Under the pieces are notes generated by a model. That model was not told the DNA's origin. It did no database searches and saw only the letters and a list, made by a program, of their open reading frames with translations. Below are positions 1 to 13,609 of a stretch of DNA of 64,000 nt, piece by piece. The stretch lies in the NCBI GenBank assembly GCA_048013815.1, contig CM106585.1:19840001-19904000 (forward strand). Reading direction: 5' to 3'. This stretch comes from Setoptus koraiensis. Its lineage: Eukaryota > Animalia > Arthropoda. The translations under genes and the position numbers were made by a program. Positions within the stretch are counted from its first letter, which is position 1; each line of letters starts with the position of its first letter.

Positions 1-68
1 AAATGTTCTTTGCAGCACTAAAATTTGATAAATAAGCTTCTTTATAGACTTGTTGTTGTGGTTAGAAA

Positions 69-2288
69 CTAAATGGTGGCTTCCCATGATGTAAATTTGG
101 CTTGTGACAAATGAATCTGATTAGATTCATCAATACTATCTGATAGATTGCCCACTACACCACCTTCCATTGTCTCATTCCCATCTAGATAATTGTTTGC
201 TACTTGGGATGTATTTTGATTGTATTGTGATTGTAACAATGTTGGTTGGAACTGTGATAATTCATTACTGTTTGTATAATTAGGAGTTGATGAGGCATTG
301 GGTCGCTCTAAATACAAAACATTATCCTCTTCGGGCAGTGACATTTTCTCTGATTTGAATGATTCGAAATGCATTCTCCTCTCAGTGTTTGACCTATCTA
401 GACTCTCTATCGGTCTAGATGCCCTGAATTGATAAAAATTCAAATTTCTCCTTGTGCTCGTTTCTATATCGACACTATCATTGGATGGAGGATGTCTTCT
501 GTGATTAGACTGCTTAGTTTGTCGTGTTGCTCGAGGACTTTTTGTGAGTTTCAAAATCAAACTTTTACTATCACCAAGCTGGCCTACTTGTGGCTTCACT
601 GAACTATCATTAGCGACGTTCTCTAGGACTGGACTCTCATCACAAGTTGGAATTGAGGATCCTATATTGTCTTCAGACTCTTTGGACAAACCGTTCAATC
701 GATTCAAACTATCCGACTTGTTAGATTCACCATTGTTCAGTTTGTCTGAATCTTCCGACTTCTCTATCACCAAAGCTTCTGTGTCGTTTGCTTTTCGAGC
801 CACACAGACAACAACATCACCTTCTTGTTTTTGTATGGGCATATCGTCTGTAAAACCTGGAGGCGGCTCAAATTCTATACTGGTCTGAGTATAGGTGGTT
901 GTTTTTATCACTGGTTTGATGACAAAATTGACTGGAGGCGATTTCTTGAAGTGGCGCCTTTTCAGTTGCGATCGTCTCGTTGTTGATATCGGCGATCCAA
1001 ATTTTACTGTTTTACCAGTTGTGGTAGGTTTATTGTGGCGCTGATCGTCAATGTTTCTAGGAACTGATGAACATTTCATTGAGCTAGTTAGTGGCTGCTC
1101 TCGAGAACACGGTACACTATGACGTGAATCGGTATTTCTTGTTGATTGCTGACAATGTTGTTGGTCGGTTTTATCCGATCTTGCATTGTCGTTCAAACAG
1201 AGTAATAATAGCTCTTGTGTGGGACAGGCAATCTTATTTGGTGATGGTTCTAATTGATTATGACAACCTGGCGATGCTTGACACAATGTTGGTTCATCAT
1301 TAGCTGATATTTGCGCAGACTTGGACGATGATTTTAAGAAACTATTCAACTGAAATGATCCTTTTTTCGGTCCACTCTTCTTCTCATCATCGGCCATTTC
1401 CACTTGTGCTGTTGCTTTGCCGGTCGATTTGTCAGTAGTTAGTTTGTTGTTATCGTCAATTTGTTGTTGTTGTTTCCCCACAACAATGTTTCCAAATATG
1501 CGTTCTGTCCATGATGGCTTCCTTTCTTGAATCATGTTGTTTTGACATTGTTTCAAGTCGCTTGTTGACTTAGATTTCACAGGCTGTTGTCTATTGTTGT
1601 AAGATTGTGATGTTGTTGTTGGCACTGTTATTACATTGGATGATTTACTATTCATGATTCTATTGGCCTCTTTCTCTCGAATACATTTAGTTTTGTAACT
1701 AGGAATGCCCGAATGATTAGCATTTCGTTCAAAACCGCCAGTAGAATCTTGTGAAGAGTCACGGGTCAATGGAATAAATTTTTGGTCTAATGCTGGTGCT
1801 GTTGCTATAGTTGCAAAACTGGTAGATGGTGTAATTTTTTTATTTGGATCTGTGGCGAATATTGGCGATTGTTGCGATGGTGATTCTATCAATTGTTTTC
1901 TTTTTGGTATTTGTGTATGATTGACAGGTAGCAATTCAACATAGGGTAGTTTAGAAATGTAATTATTGGTTGGGTAATAATGGCGATTTCGTTTGCCATT
2001 GCTGCCATTGCCTGTCGAATGATTGCCTTGTTGATGCTGACAATATTTATATTTGGACCTCTTATTGCTGCAAGATGTCAGACTATCGCGTCTGGCACTA
2101 AGCTCTTTCTCGGTGATCTCCATGAGAGAATCATCAATAAGATCCGAGGCATCATCGTCTATGCTAGATTGACTGAACTGGCTAGAAGGGTAGGCCTCTG
2201 AGAAGTCGTCTAGGCTGGCGAGTGGGGCATTCTTGAGAGTATTGCGCGCATAGGATGATAGATTGGTAACTGTAGTTGATTGATTCAT
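69..2288 (-). CDS. Uncharacterised, probably intrinsically disordered S/T/N/Q/D-rich protein (about 740 aa from the first ATG)
   Basis: A 766-codon open frame begins at a TTG; its first ATG is at 2288 (MNQSTTV). Composition is low-complexity and I recognise no domain. An upstream exon cannot be excluded. Confidence 0.7.
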   Translation of the reverse strand: MNQSTTVTNLSSYARNTLKNAPLASLDDFSEAYPSSQFSQSSIDDDASDLIDDSLMEITEKELSARRDSLTSCSNKRSKYKYCQHQQGNHSTGNGSNGKRNRHYYPTNNYISKLPYVELLPVNHTQIPKRKQLIESPSQQSPIFATDPNKKITPSTSFATIATAPALDQKFIPLTRDSSQDSTGGFERNANHSGIPSYKTKCIREKEANRIMNSKSSNVITVPTTTSQSYNNRQQPVKSKSTSDLKQCQNNMIQERKPSWTERIFGNIVVGKQQQQIDDNNKLTTDKSTGKATAQVEMADDEKKSGPKKGSFQLNSFLKSSSKSAQISANDEPTLCQASPGCHNQLEPSPNKIACPTQELLLLCLNDNARSDKTDQQHCQQSTRNTDSRHSVPCSREQPLTSSMKCSSVPRNIDDQRHNKPTTTGKTVKFGSPISTTRRSQLKRRHFKKSPPVNFVIKPVIKTTTYTQTSIEFEPPPGFTDDMPIQKQEGDVVVCVARKANDTEALVIEKSEDSDKLNNGESNKSDSLNRLNGLSKESEDNIGSSIPTCDESPVLENVANDSSVKPQVGQLGDSKSLILKLTKSPRATRQTKQSNHRRHPPSNDSVDIETSTRRNLNFYQFRASRPIESLDRSNTERRMHFESFKSEKMSLPEEDNVLYLERPNASSTPNYTNSNELSQFQPTLLQSQYNQNTSQVANNYLDGNETMEGGVVGNLSDSIDESNQIHLSQAKFTSWEATI

Positions 2289-4943
2289 CCTTGATCGACT
2301 TATAAGTTGATTACAATGATGATAATGATACTTGAGTGTGCCTCGTGTGTGTGTGTGTGTGTTGATCAACTAATTTGTGATTGCCGACACACGGTCATTT
2401 GTCTAGATTGATTAGAATGTTATACTATACTGTATCAATTTGTATGCATTACGCTACTTGGCTACTTCTAATTAAGTAACTGGGAGATTTTGTGGATTAT
2501 GCACTAATCATAATGGTGTGTATTGAGAGATAAAGTTGAATGAGCACACTGTTGGTAATCCAATTTCACCAACGCACCACTCGCATCTAACGGATGCGAG
2601 TGAACAAGAGATGATATTATGACATAATGTAGAGTTTCATATCTGGAGTCAGGTTGATTTGCAAGATCATTTGAGACGTTCACGTCGTGTGAGTTGTTTG
2701 TTCTATGCTGGGCCCGATAAGAGCTCAAGAGTTCATTGCATATTGGTGTCAGAAAGAATATAGTAAGGTGCCTGGTATAGTAACATAATACCAACTAACT
2801 ACCACACTAACACTCGCTAGATACAGTACAAACATAAATATGTTTGCGCATCTATTATTATGTAACATGCAACTTTGCAGCTATTTAGCGACGTATATGA
2901 TGATTATGGTAACGATGACGATGGTTATGGCGACGCTATACGACGAGCTCAGCGATCTGACAGGAGTAAATCGAATGCTCAATATGGACCAATTTCTGTC
3001 TGCTGCTAGAGAACATTATTGGTTTTTGATGTTGCATAATTCACACAGACTCTTCTTCTATGTGTGCTAGTATTTGATCGAATAAACAACAACAATAACA
3101 ACAACGGCAACAACAACAACAAACTCTATATATACTTGTATACATACTCATGTCATGACATGAGGCGGCAATGATCTCGCACTTTGTTTTTCGCCATTGC
3201 ATGCCATAGGTGTTAACTAGTCTACACCCCAACTATACTAAATTACGTATTCTAGTTTATATTCTAGTTTCCTCGTCTTGTTTCCTCATTTTACTTATTT
3301 TATGCAACAACATTAACCTATTAGTAGGCGCTCTAGCAGTAGTAGTTGGTCCTCTAGCAACCAACTAACTATAGCAAACTATATTGCGCATTCACTACAA
3401 ATGTACTGCTGCTGTTATATAGTGGCGTTATACTGTACCGTACAACGCGACATAGTAGAAAGCGAGCTGACAAAGGCAAATTTAGCCTTTTCTATCATAT
3501 CTAATCTGCTCTTTCATTCTATACACACATTTCTATTACACAACAAATATAATTATACATGGCGGCGTCGTCGTCGTCGTCGTCGTGGGCGCCGCCTCAC
3601 GTCAGCTCGCTAGTAGTTCCTATGGCGACTGTTGTTGGTTCGCTTCGATTAAAATTGAACCACCACTCTATCGGTCACGTGGTGTGCATAGGTGAGGAGA
3701 TGTGGCCTGGAATCTTTGGGAGTAGACCAGAAACCATCAGCTATTGCTCTCTCTAATTACTATACTAAAATAGATGTGAATGGCGTTCGTGTGTGTATGC
3801 TCGCTTTGGTTACGCGACCTATCTGGGCTATCTGGGCTACGGCCATCCGGAATATAGTGGCAATATAGTCGCAATATAGTCGCAATATAGTAGTCGTAGT
3901 AGTTTGTGCTTGCCCACCAATCTACTGATGATTCGGAACAATATTGCGTGCACGGTATTGCGCTGACTTTAATCTACGGCTATTGGGCCCCAAAAGGACC
4001 CATTTTCTCTTTTTGCTGCTCTCGCTATCCATCTCTGCTGGCCACGCTATTTGCCGTCGCTTATGCCAGTTGTAGCCTGTATTCGTTCGTTTCCTCTTGA
4101 CGCCACTTTCGGACACTGGAGCTGTATACTTGCGGGCACTGCGTGTATTAGTGAGTATTATTGGCGGTAAGTATTGGCAGCGAATATTGGTACATGCTGA
4201 ATATCATCAGAGTAAAACAGCAACAACAAACGAATGTGCGGCCAGCAGCGCTGTGCAAATTTCGATCATATGTTGTTACGTAATATATTACATGTTTGAT
4301 ATTACATAAGATAGGAGCAGATTACAGAGATAATGTTGTTGTTATTTCACACAAGTTTTATTTGAATCGTTGGTCTATATGCTGCTGGCCGCAGCCTGCG
4401 TGTTGTGCGCCGCACAGCAAAGAAAGTCGCTCGCTGTGGACCAGTCCAAGTGCGATGCTGCTCGTTTGTAAGTTCACGCAAGTTAGTTTGGAATCTTCTC
4501 TCACGAGGTCGCTTTGTGTGCACATGAGCAATAATATTCGCGTGTGTACAACAACACAATGGCCTTCTATACACATTGTTTGTGTACTACAACTGGCCAT
4601 TTATATTTGGTGCATGCCAGCTGCAGTGCTCGCGTGAAAAGAATCGCGCCATCACGCCCACCGGCATAACTAAAATCATCACAACACGTACTTTTGTACG
4701 CAGTATGGCTTATCCATTGGCATACCTCACGCTATATTCTCTCCATGTGTTTATCATCATCATCATCATCATCATCTCCATCCCAATTGGAACACAACTA
4801 ATTATTCATTAACATTATTATGCAATGTGATTATTGCCACCAATATCTTGTACATTTATACTGCGATTTGGCCATCATTTATTCTCTATAACAAACACCA
4901 CAGCCACTGACAATACAATCAAGCAAATGTTGGCACCATCAAC

Positions 4944-7268
4944 ATGGACACATCGTTGAACACATCTGCGAATTTGGTTCCATTAACGACACTATCAGAG
5001 CAAGACACCAACAGCCAAGCAGCACCGGCGTTGCCCGTCAATGTTTTTCATCACAATTCCACTCTGCTAGGCTCGGATAATTCACTTATTATTAGGGAGC
5101 TCCCAAGGGATGTGGTCAACAAGATAGCTGCTGGCGAGGTCATACATAGACCGGTCAACGCCATAAAAGAACTATTGGAGAACAGCTTGGACGCCGGGGC
5201 CACAAATGTACAAATAATTGTCCAGGATGGGGGTCTCACAAGTATTCAAATTATTGACAATGGCCATGGTATTGCCAGATACAATCATGAACTCCTTTGC
5301 CAGCGACATTCCACCTCGAAGCTCACTATGAGCCAAGATCTCGCCAGAGTAACAACGTTTGGTTTTAGAGGCGAGGCATTGGCCTCTATAAGCGCCATTT
5401 CTAATGTTAATGTGACCACTTACAACAAAACAACCGACACCATAGGCTGGAATGCCTCTTATAAAGACGGCAAGATTGTCGAGGGCACTCTCAAGAACTC
5501 CGCTGTGCCACAAGGCACCAAGATATTTATTGATAAAATCTTCGATGGTATCCCAATAAGGAAACGGGCTCTTAAATCGGCCAGCGAGGAACGTAAACTA
5601 ATAGTGAATTTAGTGACTAGATATGCCATCCATAATTGTGATAAAGTAACCATTAGTCTAAGAGAGGCTCTCTCATCAAGCGATATAGTTTGCTCAATAG
5701 CTCCCAAAGAACTCAAATATTGCGTTGGTTCGTTTTTTGGGCCAGAAATAGAAAGAGAATCTTTGGAGTTCGACATGAAAAATGAAAATTTCAGATTTGA
5801 AGGTCACATTCTTCTAAGTCAAGCCACATCTAACGTGAAAAAATTCAATCTTATACTTTTCGTAAACAATCGCCTTGTTGAATGTCCTGAACTGAAAAAA
5901 GACGTGGATGCGCTGATGACCGAGTTCAGTGATAACAAAGCATCCAACATGTTTGTATACATCAGTTTGCGCGTGAACCCTGCAGATATTGATGTGAATG
6001 TCCATCCTGCGAAAACATGCGTTACATTGCATTATCAGAGTGAATTGATTGAATTCATCATGACGTCATTAAAAGAAAAATTAAGTAACAATCGGTATAC
6101 AAAAACTATTGACATAAACAATAGCTATTCCCAACCAACTCTTTCAGAATTTACAAAATCTCAGTTGACGCGCAAACGACCTTACAACTCGTCTCCTTGC
6201 ATAGGAGATAATGATCGCCTAAAATTGTTGGCCCCCAATGCTTTACTGCCAACTCCTTCCAAGAGGCCTTCAAACCTTATCCATAATCATCATTCGGACA
6301 GAAAATTGACGGAACTTTACAACAAAGACTCTGAACCTGTGGTATTGAGTCAAAGTCCAATGAACCTGAATCATCATTCAGACAGAAAATTAACGGAACT
6401 TTACAACAAAGACTCCGAACCTGTGGTATTAAGTCGGAGTCCAATGAACCCGAGACGTACCAACGACGACTTGTCACTAGCTCACAAAGATTCGCAAAGC
6501 GAGAAAACTACTACAGCACCTCGAAGAGACCGCAAGATACCCTTAAAGTTACGTAGTTTGCAGGAGTTGCGACTCGAAGTGACACGTAACAGCGATCCCG
6601 TCATGACTAATTTTCTTAAACAGTCAATTTTTGTTGGCAGTTTCAATGGTAATCATGCTCTTGTTCAAAATTCAACCAAACTTTATGTCCTGAAACTACA
6701 TAGTTTGCTCAAGGAATTGTACTATCAGCTATATTTATACGATTTTGGACGATTTTCTGTCATTTGTTTGACAGGCGAAAATGATTTATATGATTTGATA
6801 GACGCATACTTTACAAAATTACCAGAACATTTGTCCGCTAATCTTAAATACTCCACTGCCATTTCAGTTATTGAAAAACTCAAGGAACATTGCGAGATGC
6901 TGGAAGATTATTTCTCGATATCGATTAACTCATCTACAGTAAGCACACTGCCCAGCTTGGTACCAGGAGAGGAACCCGATGGCAATTACATTGGCAAATT
7001 TCTTGTCGAGTTAGCAAACTATGTCAATTGGGACGATGAGCTAGAATGTTTCAGGTCAATTGGTCAAACAATAGCCGATTATTATGCTACACCTCCAGCG
7101 GATTTAGTCAAGGAGAATGTTCAGAGAGCTTACAATGTTGCTTTAGAACGGAAATTGTATCCACTAATGAAACAGTATCTTTTCGTTCCAAAGTTGACAT
7201 CACAAGATGGTAATTTCTACCAAATAAGTGATACAACTGAACTTTACAAGGTTTTTGAGAGATGTTAG
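4944..7268 (+). CDS. MLH1: DNA mismatch repair protein MLH1, single exon
   Basis: GHKL ATPase motifs KIAAGEVIHRPVNAIKELLENSLDAGAT, DNGHGI and GFRGEALASIS; DVNVHPAK; and the diagnostic MLH1 C-terminus YKVFERC. Confidence 0.98.
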   Translation: MDTSLNTSANLVPLTTLSEQDTNSQAAPALPVNVFHHNSTLLGSDNSLIIRELPRDVVNKIAAGEVIHRPVNAIKELLENSLDAGATNVQIIVQDGGLTSIQIIDNGHGIARYNHELLCQRHSTSKLTMSQDLARVTTFGFRGEALASISAISNVNVTTYNKTTDTIGWNASYKDGKIVEGTLKNSAVPQGTKIFIDKIFDGIPIRKRALKSASEERKLIVNLVTRYAIHNCDKVTISLREALSSSDIVCSIAPKELKYCVGSFFGPEIERESLEFDMKNENFRFEGHILLSQATSNVKKFNLILFVNNRLVECPELKKDVDALMTEFSDNKASNMFVYISLRVNPADIDVNVHPAKTCVTLHYQSELIEFIMTSLKEKLSNNRYTKTIDINNSYSQPTLSEFTKSQLTRKRPYNSSPCIGDNDRLKLLAPNALLPTPSKRPSNLIHNHHSDRKLTELYNKDSEPVVLSQSPMNLNHHSDRKLTELYNKDSEPVVLSRSPMNPRRTNDDLSLAHKDSQSEKTTTAPRRDRKIPLKLRSLQELRLEVTRNSDPVMTNFLKQSIFVGSFNGNHALVQNSTKLYVLKLHSLLKELYYQLYLYDFGRFSVICLTGENDLYDLIDAYFTKLPEHLSANLKYSTAISVIEKLKEHCEMLEDYFSISINSSTVSTLPSLVPGEEPDGNYIGKFLVELANYVNWDDELECFRSIGQTIADYYATPPADLVKENVQRAYNVALERKLYPLMKQYLFVPKLTSQDGNFYQISDTTELYKVFERC
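6285..6452 (+). repeat. 84-bp (28-aa) tandem duplication in the MLH1 linker
   Basis: Two copies, 6285-6368 and 6369-6452, encode NHHSDRKLTELYNKDSEPVVLS(Q/R)SPMN. Confidence 0.95.
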
Positions 7269-8598
7269 GTTAGAGAGAAAATGTTTGCCTAATTGTAATA
7301 GAGTATTATTTACAATAGATCATAATGCAATACTATAGAGTATACATTTCACATGAATATTTGACTCACTTCCAATTTGCTTAATAGCTCGGACAACTGA
7401 GCCACTTATTACTTCCAGAATATCGTGCTTATCGTTGAATCTCCGCATCGTCAGTACAAATAGTTGCTTGATCTCAAGTTGCAAACTTGCGATAATTTTG
7501 ACTAGTGACACTCCTTGACCTGAAAAGAGATAACCTGGTACATAGAATAAGAGTGCCATAAAAGATAGTAGTGACAAAGAGATAGAGTTTTGAACTTGTT
7601 AGTTAACATCGGTTAAAATCAGGCATCAAGTTTCTTTTTTTTTCTTTTCAACTACAGTCGCATTATTATTGGGATGTGATTTATGTCACCTAGCAAGATC
7701 AAGCTGATGTACAAGTATGATTATTATCATCTTTTTTGTTGTTTTAATGCCCTTACCCTGATTGAGTTATAGCTGTTGCTGTAAGTAGCAGCGCTAACGC
7801 TACTACTACTACTACTACTTCGATAAATGAATGATAAGATTTCAAGTTTTTTACCCATCGATGAATGAAAGGTATAGGCGTTTCATTTTTTATTTGATTC
7901 GTATAAATATCTACTCAGGGCAAATAGTGTCTTGATGAACGTGCCTTACATCACACACTAGGTTCGCTATGCCTCTACTCTACTGTCCAAAGCATACAGA
8001 CAGTGTTGATGTGCAATGTTACGTAAGGTGGTCGAGGGCTCAACTCCGCTCAGAACCCGCTGAGTCCATTCATTCATCTGTCTCTCTCTAATTCAGCTAG
8101 ATATTAAGCCAGTCTCTTATAGTAACAGACTAGTATAGTAAATGTCGGGATGATGTAATTGTAAATTAAATAATGATGAAGCAGGATGATATTTTTCAAG
8201 TATCAACTGTGATGTGATTGAGTGTATATATAGAATCTAAAAGTGTCTTATCTAACTTGTATCTCAACAACAACAACATTCGCTAGAGAGAATTCAACTA
8301 TAATCTTTCATGATGTAGTTGGTAGACTGAATAAACTACCTCAGATGTCAATACTCGTTATAGTTACAAGAGACAAGAAAAGACTTTTTATTAGAAAATT
8401 ATTTTCTGACCATTAATAGTACGTCTTAAAAAACCATCATCTGTCCAAGTAGAGACATTTGTCGTGTCATGAATTGCGACTAGTTACCACAAGAAACTAC
8501 TCAACAATTATATCGATAACAGCAAACGAGCAGAGCAAACACTACGAACAATAAGTGTTAATCAATCGAACAACTCTAGCAAATCAATCGTGTTCAGT

Positions 8599-11188
<2,590 letters not shown>

Positions 11189-11262
11189 ACAATCATAATG
11201 CATAAGCAGATTCAGTATTTGAAGCGAAATGAACGAAAAATTTTTCATCATGATCTGATTTA

Positions 11263-12267
11263 TTATTGATCTATTCTCTTTTTAGATCTCGTGTTTCGAG
11301 CCGGAGTGTCAGAAAAGTCAAACTTTTTACTCGAACGTTTTGCGCGAGATCTTCTTGTTGATTGTTGCGATGATGATTTTTGTGTTGTAGGAGTGACACT
11401 CCTGCACTCTGGTACGAGAAATCTGTTGTTGTATTCGGTTTCCTCTTCTTCTGTCAAACAGAGTTGCCCAAGAGCTTTGCCAGCATTGTTTTTCTCACAT
11501 AATTCTAAGAAACTATTCAGTATTTCTTTGTATTCTCTTGTGTATTTGAATTTCCGCTGATACTCTAGAGCCTCAACTAATTGATCACATAAAACTAGCA
11601 GCTTGACATAAATAGGTTCATAGACAGTACTGGACCCATATTGATTATGGATGTAACGAATAAAGAGAGCCTTCTTCGCTTGGCGTTGCATTCTCGAGGC
11701 ATCTATTGTTTGAGAATCTACTGTTAATGCATCTACCATCAGAGCATCTACTACAATAGTGACAAGTTCTTGCGACGAACCAAAAATTGTTGATATATCA
11801 ACTGATGGACATGACAGGGACCTCATCGCCTGATCGAATTCCCTGTTATCTATGGCCCACAGACCTCGAGCCAAGTGAGTAATATCCAATGGGTGTCCAA
11901 AAATTTTAGGCAATTTCTGTAGTTCTTTGTAGGTACTGGTTAGAGATTGTATATTTTCACTGCATTCATTTAAAACATTTTCATCCTCGTTGTACAGGTA
12001 CAGTTGAATGTCCAAGATCAAGTAATTGATGAGCACAATTTCAATTTGTTTCGATATCTCAGAATCTAAAAGTTTGAGCCAGCCCCTGGCGGTTTTCGGA
12101 GGGTAGAGATAGTTTTCTTCTACATGATGTCTTGTAATGAAGTCGATGGCTAGCCCCGCACATCTATCGTTCAAAGAATTCCTCCTATCCTCGTAATTGG
12201 CGCTGTTCTGGTGAAAGAACCAGTCTGTAGATTCATCCAGGAATCTAGTTACTATTAAATGATCCAT
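11263..12267 (-). CDS. AHCTF1: ELYS/MEL-28-like nucleoporin, alpha-helical ELYS domain only (334 aa)
   Basis: GLAIDFI..LYPPKT..INYLILD and LARGLWAIDNREFDQAMRSL match the ELYS helical-domain pattern (YPP..YhLLD..GhWxLD..f..A...L). The tail is basic. First ATG is at 12267. Confidence 0.75.
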   Translation of the reverse strand: MDHLIVTRFLDESTDWFFHQNSANYEDRRNSLNDRCAGLAIDFITRHHVEENYLYPPKTARGWLKLLDSEISKQIEIVLINYLILDIQLYLYNEDENVLNECSENIQSLTSTYKELQKLPKIFGHPLDITHLARGLWAIDNREFDQAMRSLSCPSVDISTIFGSSQELVTIVVDALMVDALTVDSQTIDASRMQRQAKKALFIRYIHNQYGSSTVYEPIYVKLLVLCDQLVEALEYQRKFKYTREYKEILNSFLELCEKNNAGKALGQLCLTEEEETEYNNRFLVPECRSVTPTTQKSSSQQSTRRSRAKRSSKKFDFSDTPARNTRSKKRIDQ

Positions 12268-12535
12268 CACAAGGCATTGAAATTTTATAATTAGACCTGA
12301 CAGTTATAGTGAAATTTGGCTCCATGCAACATGATGTCTGACGTGCATGACAACGCTTACTCTTTGGGATAGTTGAAAAAGATTGTTTATTTGAGCGCGC
12401 CAAAATTTAAAATTGCTTGGAAGCCACTTCTTAGAAGCGCAGAAATAGGAAGACCATTTCTCCAGAAACCATAACAATGTCTTTAGCGAATAAGTGAGTA
12501 AATGAAATTCTTTGTTCGGATAATGTATATTTATT

Positions 12536-13597
12536 TCAATCTTGTGGAATTTCGTACATTTTCAAAATGGCTAGAGATTTGTATGCTGGCCCGGCTTTGA
12601 TTTCCATAGTTTTCACGAGAAAATCTAGCGCCTTTGGATCGTCTATTAAGTGAAGGAGGGCCTCACCGTCCATATCATTATCCCTGAATCTACTGAGTAC
12701 TTGTTGGCTAATATCCTTGTGTGTCGTTTCGAGGAAATCACACAAATCTTCTGGCTTTAGAGTTTTAATAAAAGATCGTTTCTCCCCATTAGTCAACTCC
12801 TTACAAGGTTTTTCAATACAAGGTTTTTCTTCTTGTACCTTCTCCTTTTCTTTCTCCTCTTTCACCTTTTCCTTTTCTTTCTCTTCTTTGACCTTCTCAG
12901 GTTCTGAACTTAGCGGCGGTGTGACAGCTTTTGGTTTCCTTTTTCCTTTCCTTTCTTCTTTCCTCCTTCTGAGCTTAGGTTGAGTAAGGAAGGGACCAGA
13001 GCTCTCATAGATAACAAGATCATCGATTAGGTGCGTTATGACTTTACGCGGAGTAGGTTGTACGGGTCGAGCTTGATTTGGCTGTAGTGGTTGATTTGTA
13101 GCTGGCTGTATATTGTTAGCTGGCTTCATATTTGTGGCTGGCTGTATATTGGTAGCTTGCTGCATATTGGTAGCTGGCTGTATATTGGTAGCTTGCTGCA
13201 TATTGGTAGTTTGCTGCATATTGGTAGCTTGCTGCATATTGGTAGTTTGCTGAATATTGGTAGCTCGCTGAATAGTGGTAGCAGCCTGCATATGGGTGGC
13301 CGGTTGTATATTGTTAGTTGGCTGTACATGGGTGGCCGGCTGTATGTTGGTACCAGGCTGTATATTGGTAGCCATAGATGGCATACCTTGCACCATTGGG
13401 ATCTGTTGATGGCCGAAAGCTTGTTGCATGGGAATACCTGAGATGACATTGGTCATTGCTTGTGATGGCTGTCCCATTATGGTCGACTGAATCTGGTGTT
13501 GGTGTTGTTGTTGGAGTTGCGCCTGCTGAGGTGTCAAGATACAATAAAATAACGACATTGTCCTAGGTACAATTGGCGTGGGCCTTTGTGGCTGCAT
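12536..13597 (-). CDS. ph: Polyhomeotic-like PRC1 subunit (Q-rich N-terminus, HD1, SAM; no FCS finger), 353 aa
   Basis: KVITHLIDDLVIYESSGPF matches Ph homology domain 1 (LTHxIEGFVIQE..EPF). The C-terminal SAM domain has FRDNDMDGEALLHL..MEIKAGPAYK. Confidence 0.8.
   Translation of the reverse strand: MQPQRPTPIVPRTMSLFYCILTPQQAQLQQQHQHQIQSTIMGQPSQAMTNVISGIPMQQAFGHQQIPMVQGMPSMATNIQPGTNIQPATHVQPTNNIQPATHMQAATTIQRATNIQQTTNMQQATNMQQTTNMQQATNIQPATNMQQATNIQPATNMKPANNIQPATNQPLQPNQARPVQPTPRKVITHLIDDLVIYESSGPFLTQPKLRRRKEERKGKRKPKAVTPPLSSEPEKVKEEKEKEKVKEEKEKEKVQEEKPCIEKPCKELTNGEKRSFIKTLKPEDLCDFLETTHKDISQQVLSRFRDNDMDGEALLHLIDDPKALDFLVKTMEIKAGPAYKSLAILKMYEIPQD
13095..13372 (-). repeat. 18-bp coding minisatellite (about 15 units of Q[QP][AT]TN[IM]) in the Ph-like gene
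   Basis: Plus-strand units of ATATTGGTAGCTTGCTGC and variants translate on the minus strand as QPATNI/QQATNM. Confidence 0.95.
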
Positions 13598-13609
13598 CCT
13601 CTGGCTATA

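Noticed and set aside
7320-7577. Hydrophobic 85-aa minus-strand ORF as a secreted peptide
   Set aside because: TTG start, no convincing cleavage or amidation pattern, and it overlaps the likely MLH1 3' UTR.
7942-7949. GTGCCTTA, an 8-mer miR-124 target site
   Set aside because: About one hit is expected by chance in 64 kb, and it is far from any confidently assigned 3' UTR.
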